From assembly GCF_000181795.1 (NCBI RefSeq), contig NW_003526941.1, positions 10,825,478 to 10,848,132 of the forward strand: a DNA stretch of 22,655 bases, in the 5' to 3' direction. Below the pieces are notes generated by a model, which was not told the origin of the DNA, made no database searches, and saw only the letters and a program-made list of their open reading frames with translations. The stretch's first letter is position 1, and the number at the start of each line of letters is the position of its first letter. The stretch is from Trichinella spiralis (taxonomy: Eukaryota). Position numbers and translations under genes: made by a program. Positions 13,801-22,655 of the stretch are shown here, one piece after another.

Positions 13801-16035
13801 GTTGGTGCACGAGCGTTTGCACTGCTTGATTCACAGTTGTATGAGCGTTGTCGTATGGAATTAGCCGTTAATGACTTGACATGCAGATTGGATCCAAACC
13901 GATTTGTTAAAGTATGGCCTACGATCAGCAGTAAGCCGGCTGGCTTTATTGAAGGCACTCTTTACGCGATGAGTACATCTACCAAGGTGATCAGTAGCGT
14001 TAGGCTGATGCTGAATTGCAATGGCAAAAATCATCAACTATTGCCAATGGTGGAACAGCCGGATGAAATGACAACACCGCCACACATCTTGAACGAACAT
14101 CAGCAACTGCTCGGACGATTAATGGTTAAACGTGTGGCTTGTGGGCGACATCACTTGCTGTTTATGTCCAGTGTTGGCTTCGTTTATGGTCGAGGTTCAA
14201 ATGCGTACGGTCAACTGGGAGTTGGCCAACAGCAGCTTTGCTCCAAGCCGGTCTTGATAACTCCTTGTTTATCGGTGACACATCCAATTCGACGTATCGG
14301 ATGCGGGGCTTATCACAGCGTAGCGATTGACGTCCGTGGTCATGCCTACTCTTGGGGTTGGAATGCCCATGGTCAACTTGGACTTGGCCATGTCAATATT
14401 GTTCGACATCCTTGTCCAATGCGTATAAAACAAGCATGGCTACCGTTGCAAGACGTGCAATGCGGCATTGCCCACACGATAGTTTTGTGCAAAAATGGAC
14501 ATTTGTACGGTTGTGGTTCCAATCGTTATGCTCAGTTGGGCTTGCATTTGGATCTGGTCAAGCAGGTAGAATTGGTTGAATTGTCATTCTACGTTCAAGA
14601 GCCGCAGTTCGTCCTTTCCATTGCCAGCGGTCCATTTGAGGTGTTCGCTTTGAGCAACAGTGCTTCAGGGCAGTATATTTTCCATTGGGGATGTTCGCCG
14701 AACATGTCCAAACCTTTTCTGAGACGGTTGATTCAGCCACCCAGTGCGGAGTGTTATTATGAGAACAATCGTTTTTTGCCATTTTTGCCCCGTTCATTGC
14801 CGGTTGAAAATCTGTTCGGAGGCGAGCGGTTGGTCAGCGTTGCCTGTGCCAGTCTGTATTTTATTCTTCGTACACAGTCTGGTCGTCTGTTCTACTGGTC
14901 TCGTGATGCGTTCTTGAGACGTTTGATGGCCAACGATGCTGTCAATTCAGCGCCAATCGTGATGCGCAATCCGGCAAATGTTCCATTCGATTGGGTAGTA
15001 TGCGGTGAAGAGGGTAGTTTTGCTGTGGATCGAAACGGCGTTGGATGGTTTTACCCGGATTTACTTTGCCCTGGGTATTGTTGCAGTTGCAGCAATGATA
15101 TCAACATCAGCAATATCAACAGCAGCGACAGCTTTGCATTCCATTATATTTGGCAACAGTTGCAAATGCGGCGTCAGCGTGGTTCTTCCTTGGGAACGGC
15201 TTTTCCACTTGGTGTGATTGGTAATTGGGCGCCGGTGTTGCCGTCGAACACAATTCACACAGATTCGGTGAATGCGTTGTCGCGTTTTTTCAATTTCGCG
15301 CAAATTATACGACACCAAGGTGAAAAAGAGGTGCTTGAGTTGTGCTTGGAAGATTCTGGAACGATGAGCCCGTTGAAACGTTCCGGTATGTTGCTGTTGG
15401 CTGGTCAAGTGGCGGAGGCGTTTTCTCTGCTCTGCAGCCAGCTGAACAGACGAGATGAACAAGAGACACAGACTGCTGTTGAGATTATTTTGCAGACATT
15501 TTTGCACTGGTTGCAGCATTTTGCCGGTGGGGATGAACCGCGGGCGGCATATTTTTACGGTGTCTTGCAGTTGATGCAATTGAAAGCGGCCAGTCGACCG
15601 GGACCGGTGGCCCGTTATTTGCACATGCACCGCGTTTGGCTTAGTCAAGTGCTTTCGCAGGCGATCGATCGCACCAACGCTACAATAAATTGGAGAGCTT
15701 TGCGTGACAGTTTGGAAATGAACGGCCTGTTGAAGATGAAAATCAACAGCCACGACTACATCGCCTACGGATGGAAAGCGACCCCGATTGAACCACTGCC
15801 CGCCGATTTTACAGGAATGTTGCACTTCGGCTGTGGTCATGTGCAATTTGGCCAATTGGAAGAGGTGATCAGGGAAAAGCTGGGCAACAGAGCTGACCAT
15901 GTTTTACGGGTCCTTGGCGACAGCCTTTGGAAAGATCCGGAAAGAGCTTTGTGCGCCTCGTGCGTGTCGTCGTTGTTGGATTTCGCCGCTACCATGTTAC
16001 CAACAACGAAGAAACAATTAGTAATTCGACGCTGA
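10813..16035 (+). CDS. RCC1/BLIP-II repeat protein, probable Claret/GLO-4-type Rab GEF-like, 15 exons, ~1362 aa
   Basis: Exons 10813-10832,10890-11002,11338-11513,11578-11686,11745-11812,11867-11986,12044-12110,12166-12260,12323-12472,12529-12680,12753-12927,12991-13187,13258-13421,13489-13690,13755-16035 join in frame (4089 nt, all GT-AG). The ATG at 10813 is preceded by an in-frame TAA. Clear RCC1 repeats in the last exon: VACGRHHLLF..VYGRGSNAYGQLG, IGCGAYHSVAI..AYSWGWNAHGQLGLG, VQCGIAHTIVL..LYGCGSNRYAQLG. The N-terminal part is beta-propeller-like (SMCFTTCSRWLIVATECGNVRLVP) and the C-terminus has CGH...CxxC. The RCC1 call is firm; Claret/GLO-4 orthology is inferred from architecture; the first exons are less certain. 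Confidence 0.85.
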
Positions 16036-16449
16036 TTCCATTTGCTATTTTGTTGATTTTCTTGTTATACAGATTTACTTGCAGTTGCTCGTCCGCAGAG
16101 TTTTATTTATTACTAAATACATATATTTGCATAGTTGCTACTTTTTCTTTATTTTTTTATTTGATTCAACAGAAGAAAATTTTCAAATTTTGAAAAAAAA
16201 TTGTCGAACGTAAAATGACATGATAAATAATTGTTGTTGTGCATCAAAGACTGACTGAAACGCAACAGATCAGAGGAACAGGCGACAAATGCAAAATGAG
16301 TAGAGTAACGTACGGCGAGTTGTTTCCCGAAATGGTAATTTCATGAAATATGTAATTTCTCATTGTCATTAAAGGTGAAAAATTAAATTAGAAATGGACT
16401 TGTAAGATTAAATTTTTGCATTAGAATAAAAATGTTCAGAACTGGAATT

Positions 16450-16487
16450 AAATATCAAACCGCATTTTAAAATGCGATTTGATGTTT
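16450..16487. repeat. Near-perfect 38-bp palindrome
   Basis: aaatatcaaac-cgcattttaaaatgcg-atttgatgttt: a perfect 16-bp core at 16461-16476 flanked by atcaaa/tttgat. Confidence 0.8.
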
Positions 16488-18099
16488 ACAGTCATTAATG
16501 ATAAGTAGGTAGGTAGTAAATCGACAGACCATCTCAGAGGTATGTAAGCGTTTGTATGCACGGTTTTTATTTCTGGTTGAGTGAAGTGGCAGTGCGTTTT
16601 TTTGTATTTATATTGAAGTATTTTTTACTTTTCGTGATAAGCAACTAATTATATACTTCATGCAACTATTCGACAACGGTTTAAGAAAAAACAAGATTTG
16701 CCAGAATTCAACATCATTTGCATCAAAGCATTATTGTTTATTATTGATTTTTAAATGCATCAAAACTGAATTATTCTCATTAATTGTTTCTCCAACACTT
16801 TAAAATAAAATGCAAAATTGCATTTTTTAGTCGGTATGGCGTGTTAAATAGCTGCTAGTTCTTTTTTGAAATTCAAACACTAAAAAGAATTCTAAACTGT
16901 TGTAAGTTGGTTATTTGTATGCGTAACTTTGGTCACAGAACTATCTTGCTTGATTAACTAAATGAATTACTTGCAAAATCAAATTCGATGTTTTTGACTT
17001 TTTCAACACTTTTTTTGACTTTAATATTTTAGGCCGTTTATGCAGTGCTTATTTATTATAAAAATTGAATGGTCGTCGGCAGAGTTTGGTTTTTTCACTT
17101 TTCCAGTTGAAAATATTTTCCCTTGTTCTTCGTTTTTAATGCTGAAATTATTTACACTTGAATTAAGCATTTCGTTTATTTGATTTTTACATCGATCATT
17201 CATCTTGCAAATATTGTTTCGAATACAAAAGAACATGAAATCCAAAATTACCTTTATACATTACAATCATTATTTATGATTTTCAGAAATTCTGTTGTTT
17301 GCATACTCCGCAATTGGAAATTACGTTTTCATATCTGCTCCTATAGATTATAATTTTCTTCATACATTGCATTCTAAAACAGACATGCCACAGCACATGG
17401 CATTTCAGAAATTTCAATAATCTTCTTACAAAATGTCATGCTAAGCATACAACAGCATTCGTTATTCGTCAACATTGATACTATTACAAAAAGCAATTGG
17501 CCAAAACAACATCCATACATCAGCTATAAACACGAAATTTGAGCAGTCGCTTTTCAACTTTGGTAACTTATAAATAAAATTCTGTAACATACTGTAAATT
17601 GATTGCCAAATCACTGATAATAAGGTTACACAGTAATAGACCAATCAGAGAAAAGTAAACTTGCATGCATAATTAAAATTTCATTTGGGTGATTTTCTCT
17701 GAACTGCTATGGTGCGTAACAAAAGTGCAAATGAAAGAAACAGGATCAAGGTAAAAATTTAATTTCAAAACATATTTCCTTGACAAATTCTCATGAATGT
17801 ATGTATATTTAAGTATTTAAGCCTGTTTAATTTCAATATGCACAAAAATTGTGAAGCACTTAGGACAAAATTCTCGATTATAAATTGTTCAACGTTGAAG
17901 ATTTTCAAAAAATTAACATTGTAGTTTGTTATTTTACGTAGGCGACTAGATTTAATTGTAGAATTCGTTGAAGGTTTCAATTTTCACCTGCTTATGGCAT
18001 TGAATTTTATTGTGAACAGAACAGGTCGAATATCACTAAGCGCTCAGTATTTTCTATTATGCAAGACACCAAAATGCCGTTTTTTGTACACAGAATCAT

Positions 18100-21030
18100 T
18101 TAACTTATATTATAACTTTATATTATATTTTCAAAATTTAGATAATCAGAGACATTAGGTAAATTAAATTTTTATGTCCGGTTAATTTTGTCTGTCAGCA
18201 TCAGCAGTTTGAGTGCCTATATTTTGGTGAAAAGCTTTTTGCGATGAGTTCCATTTATGTAGGAAATTTTTGAATTTTCAGACCTCAAATTCAAACATAC
18301 AAAGACTTGTTTTGATTAAGTCAATGTTTTTGTTATGGTGTTTTCTGTCCGATAGTTTATATTTTGACTGAATTTTCAAATAGTCCTTATTGGTAGAATT
18401 GAACAGTACATTTCTCCTGTTGATTGCGGCATAGATTAGAATTGATGCTCACCAAGAAGTTCCAATGCACAAAAACCGGTTTCCAGCGCTGCGCTATGCA
18501 AATAACGATCACCATAAAGGTACTTTATCATCAGTTGGGGTGCACTTGTTTGTTTGACTTACGTGGCAAGTGGTAGCGCCGTAAAACGTTCTCTCAGTTC
18601 ATGACGTTAAATGGATGCTGAAGTCGATTTTAAATTGCTGAAAAGTAATTCCTTTTTCCACTTGTGTTATTTTTCTTCAAACCACTTGTATACTCATTTT
18701 GCAAATGATGATTTTGCAAATGATGCAAAATTAAAAATCAGTTAATTGTTACATTAAAAAAAATACAGTTTTCAGTTTGTTGTAACTTTTACTATATGAT
18801 GAAGCGAGAACAATTTTGATTTAATAGCATTTTACAGGTACAGAGAATGGAGCAAAGAAAAAGTGAAAACACGGACGATATCGAAGCAAATCACGGACGG
18901 CACGAAGCAGAACAAGAGAAGACAAAAGGTAAATGCGATTTTTTCTGTGTGCTTATTTTGTACGGCTGTGATAAGGTAGTTAATTAAGTTACCTAAGTTT
19001 GTAATATGTAAGATATTTTTTGATGTAAACTGTACTTTTTGTTTTTCATATTTTGTCGAGATGAGGTAAGAATTCATCTTTACAAGATTGTCTATCTCAC
19101 GTAAACCGCTTATAATGCTGCGCGCGTAGATTTGTCTGTTGTGCACCTCAGCATTTATTGCAAATCATCTTCTCAGTAGCTAAACAGGCTTTCACTTGAA
19201 GATTACTCACTTGAAAGCGTCTTATTGTACCACAAATCAACTTCCATTTATGTAGGCCATTTTTGAATTTTGAAATTTCAAATTCAGCCCTTTGGAGGCG
19301 TGTTTTGACTAATAAAATGTTTTTGTTATGGCGTTTTCTGCCAGATAGTTTATATTTTGACTGAATTGCAAACGTCAAGGTAGGTCATTTTTGAATTTTC
19401 AAATAGTCCTTATTGGTAGAATTGAGCAGTGCATTTCTCCTGTTGATTGCGGCATAGGTTAGAATTGATCTTCAGCAAGAAGTTCTAACGCACTGAAACC
19501 GGTTTCCAGCGCTGCGCTATGCAAATAACGATCTCCATAAAGGTGCCTTATCGTCGATTAGGGTGCACTCGTTCGTTTGACGTACGTGGCAAGTGGTAGC
19601 GCCGTAAAACGTTCTCTCAATTCATGACGTTAAATAATTGCTGAAGACGATTTTTAATTGCTGAAAAGTAATTCCTCCTTCTTTCTACTTGAGTTACTTT
19701 TCTACAAACCATTTGTATACTCATTTTCTAAATAATTATCTTTTAATTAAAAAGTAGTTAATTATTATATTTCCAAATACATCTTTTAATTTGTTGTTAC
19801 TTTCACTACGTGATGAAGCGAGAACATTTTTGATTTAATATTTAAAATTTTTACAGATGTGAACAATGAAGAATAAAAGTGAATACGCAGTCGACACGAA
19901 TCAAAACGCAGACGGTACGAAGCAGAACAATAGAAGAGAAAAGGTATGCGTGGTTTCTTGTTCGTCTTGATTCTGTAAGACTGAATTCGAAAGGGTGCAG
20001 TTATATCTATGTTAAATTAAGTTATTTAAGCATGTTATATGTAAATTGTAAGTAAGATGTTCTTCAATGTGAAATTCCATCTTTTGACTTTTATATTATG
20101 TTGAGACTAAGTAAGAAGTCATCTTTAGTAAGTATTTTTATCGCCCCTAAGTTTCTGTCCATAAAAGAACATCAGCATCTATCGAAAATTACTTTTTCAT
20201 AAGCAAAAATAACGTTCACTTGCAAACGATTTACTTGAAAGTGTCTTTTTGTATAAGAAATCAACTTCCATTTATGTAGGGCATTTTTGAATTTTCAAAT
20301 CTAAAATTCAAACATGCGAAGGCGTGTTATGACTAAGTTAGTGTTTTTGTTATGGCGTTTTCTGCCAGGTAGTTTACATTTTGACTGATTTGTAAACGTT
20401 AAGGTCATTGTTGAATTTTCAAAGTGAACAGTGCATTTCTCCTGGTCATACTGTATCGCGGTATAGGTTAGAGTTTATCGTCAGTAAGAAGTTCCAATGC
20501 ACAAAAACCGGTTTCCAACGCTGCTCTATGCAAATAACGATCGCCATAAAGGTGCCTTATCGTCGGTTAGGGCACGCTCGTTCGTTTGACTTACGTGGCA
20601 CGTCGTAGCGTCGTGAAACGTTCTGTTAGTTTATTTACGGCGTTTCGTTTTTAATTGTTGAAAGTATTCCATATTTCTCTTTCTGTTGCTTTTATTTTCG
20701 AAACTCTCGTTATAATCATTTTGTTAACGTTATTTTTAATTGAAAATCAGTTACTTCTTCTATTTGAAAATTCATTGTTCAGTTTTTCAATTTTGCTATG
20801 TGATAAAGCGACAAAATTTTTGACTTAACATTTAACATTCTTATAGATATGAACAATGAAGAAAAGAAAAAGCGAAAACATGGGCGACTCGTTGAGCAGA
20901 TCGCGGACGACACGAAGCAGAACAAGAAAAGACAAAAGGTATATGTGGTTCCCCGTGGGTCCCTATTCTGTAGGTCTGGGCTAGGGATACTTCGAAAGGG
21001 TGAAGTTATCCCATAGTTTTAATTAAGTTA
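18100..21030. repeat. Diverged tandem array of a ~1-kb repeat unit, about 3 copies
   Basis: The anchor ttccatttatgtagg recurs at 18249, 19242 and 20266 (periods 993 and 1024). Shared blocks include aaaccggtttcca, ctatgcaaataacgatc, tttgacttacgtggc, tgatgaagcga and cgaagcagaacaa...aaaaggt. Weak similarity extends back to ~18100, and the third copy fades near 21030. Confidence 0.92.
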
Positions 21031-21140
21031 AAGGCAAACCTACATGGCTGAGTTTTTAATTAATGCAGTACTTGGTCTTTCACGCAGCAAAATTTACGTA
21101 TGCAATTGCTTTCCTGTGTCGGTATAATTTTTGATTATTT

Positions 21141-21385
21141 TGTAGTTTTTGTTTTTCTTTTTGAACATTTTTCAAAGCAAATTCTTTTTATTTTTGAATT
21201 TATTTTTTCTATTCATTCAAACTTTATTTTTCCCTTCTTTATTATATACATTTGATTTTTCAATTCCTCTCATTATTTCTTTTGATTCTTTTTTATTTTC
21301 ACTTTTTTTCTTCTTGTATTGTACATTTTATTGTTTTTTGTTCAATTTATTTTTCCAAATATTTTTTCTCTGATTTTTTTACTTT
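21141..21385 (+). repeat. Low-complexity T-rich (pyrimidine-biased) tract
   Basis: About 240 nt dominated by T runs. It produces the spurious Phe/Leu-rich ORF 21149-21373. Confidence 0.7.
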
Positions 21386-22123
21386 CACTTTAACTTTATA
21401 AAAACTCTGACACATGGAAAGCATTGCATACAAATACGTAAACACGTAATAAACCGTAATGCACATGGAGAAGAAAGAAGAAAAGTGGAGTAAGTCACGA
21501 GCGAGTGAACGGATGGTGGATAGGTTGGATCGAATCGGTTGTTGGTCAATTGCGTTCGTTGCTGAACTGAGGTAAGTTTCGACACGTTGGAGAAGATACG
21601 ATGTGCCGAAGTCGAGCGTGAAAGGTTCTTCATTACAAAGACACAATGAATAAAATATGTTACCATGTTCACAGACGTAACAAAAGGCCAATGCTGCGTT
21701 AATTTATAACGATGATGCTCATGTAGGATTAGTTAAAAAGGGGAAAATCATGTTTGCCATTACTAGTTGCCAGCCAGGAATATTAATTAGCTTATAGGAA
21801 CAAAAACAAAATAGTTAAAATGGGGAAAATAAAATTAATACACGTAACGCAAGTAAAATTAATAATGTATATAAAAGTAAGAAAAAATAAGTTTTTTCTT
21901 TTAATATAAACTGAGAACAATGCAACAACAACAACATTTCTTTATTAATGAAACATTTTATTTTTCACAAAAAGTTTTTTTGTAATAAATGTACAATGTA
22001 ATACAAACAAACAGATAAAGTCTGGCATAAATGAGTTCTGCGAAATGGCAAACATGCCGGAAATGGGACTTGAAATATTTAATGCAGGTGGAGAATGGAG
22101 AGACCAAAAAATGGGCCCCATCC

Positions 22124-22413
22124 TGGAGCGTGAAGCTCCCTTCCCTTAGACAAGGGAGAGTGCAAACTCTTCCTTGCTCTTTGGGCAGGCAGAGCGCACG
22201 CTCCCCTTCCCTGGAGCGGGGAAAGCCTAGGCTTTCCGCGCTGAAGAGGCGGGTGAGACTTAGTTGTTTCACCTGCCTCAGATGTGCGGGAAGTTTAGTT
22301 TTTTCCCCGCTCCAAGGGGAGGGGGAGATAGTGCGTTTTTTGCCTGCCCAACAGAGTGGGGGAGATTTTGCATTTTTCCTTGTCTTTAAGGGGGAGGAGA
22401 TTCGCGCTTTCCA
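22124..22413 (+). ncRNA. Long inverted repeat, candidate long hairpin RNA (hpRNA-like)
   Basis: Left arm 22124-22259 pairs with right arm 22266-22413 around the loop ttagtt (22260-22265). Manual pairing gives ~127 bp including ~20 G:U pairs and only 1 A:C mismatch on +. The inverted repeat is certain; transcription is inferred. Confidence 0.65.
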
Positions 22414-22655
22414 TTTTAAAAATTCAATACTAAAGGAGATCACTGTTATTCGTGTTTTTTTTAAATTTTTTTTAAAAAAAAAGTTTTTGGTTGCGGTGGG
22501 GACCTGCCCCCCTAGCTCTCCTGCCCCGTATTGTCCCCCCCACCAAGCCCTGCCCCGGAGACCCCCACGGCCTCATCGCCTCTAAGTTCCCGTGCCAGCC
22601 TTCACGACTTTTTCCAAGATGACCCTGTCGGATCAGGGAACCCGATCCGCCGAAG

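Noticed and set aside
15061..15900. 279-aa minus-strand ORF
   Set aside because: Antisense shadow of the GC-richer RCC1-gene terminal exon, with no recognisable features.
17021..17644. Minus-strand short ORFs with several donor/acceptor-like sites at ~50-nt spacing
   Set aside because: I could not join them into a stop-free reading frame, and the peptides resemble nothing I know. A degraded gene or spliced lncRNA cannot be excluded without RNA-seq.
20408..20608. 66-aa ORF over the repeat core, plus ORFs 18832-19146 and 19148-19378
   Set aside because: These ORFs are not preserved at full length in the other repeat copies, so they are treated as incidental.
18249..21030. Spliced-leader RNA or snRNA gene array (octamer motif, Sm-like AATTTTTG)
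   Set aside because: No recognisable SL leader plus donor plus Sm-site arrangement and no U snRNA or 5S sequence. T-rich Sm-like strings are expected by chance here.
22221..22285. Possible hammerhead ribozyme (CUGAAGA at 22241-22247, GAAA at 22221)
   Set aside because: No GAAA follows the stem after CUGANGA (it reads UCAGA), and stems I and II cannot be formed in the permuted arrangement.
21958..22585. Overlapping ORFs 22031-22585 (+, 184 aa) and 21958-22443 (-, 161 aa)
   Set aside because: They mirror each other because they span the inverted repeat, have no recognisable domain and run through homopolymer tracts. They are best explained as by-products of a GC-rich palindrome.
22497..22655. 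Possible HDV-like ribozyme at a retroelement 5' end
   Set aside because: I could not assemble P1/P2/P3 pairings with a proper L3 and J4/2. The sequence is also truncated by the window edge.

Overview
This is AT-rich eukaryotic genomic DNA with very short (~50-90 nt) introns and frequent TTTCAG/TTTTAG acceptors. It is most likely a nematode; Trichinella is my inference from intron style and the repeat family. The supplied ORF track mostly shows exon fragments. Tracing splice sites by hand gives three multi-exon genes: (1) FANCD2 on + (<1-6915, 36 exons, ~1444 aa in the window, 5' end just outside); (2) SRP54 on - (9588-7104, 13 coding exons, 498 aa), tail-to-tail with FANCD2; (3) a ~1362-aa RCC1-repeat protein of probable Claret/GLO-4 type on + (10813-16035), head-to-head with SRP54 and ending in one 2.28-kb exon. 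Further on are about three diverged tandem copies of a ~1-kb repeat (~18100-21030), each with a conserved core and an exon-like cassette. The most striking unexplained feature is a GC-rich 290-nt inverted repeat at 22124-22413. Its arms pair over ~127 bp, and the transition mismatches are almost all G:U (about 20 versus 1 A:C on the + strand), as expected for a strand-specific long hairpin RNA (hpRNA/endo-siRNA precursor-like). FANCD2 also needs one GC donor and one non-AG ('tttcat') acceptor to stay in frame.
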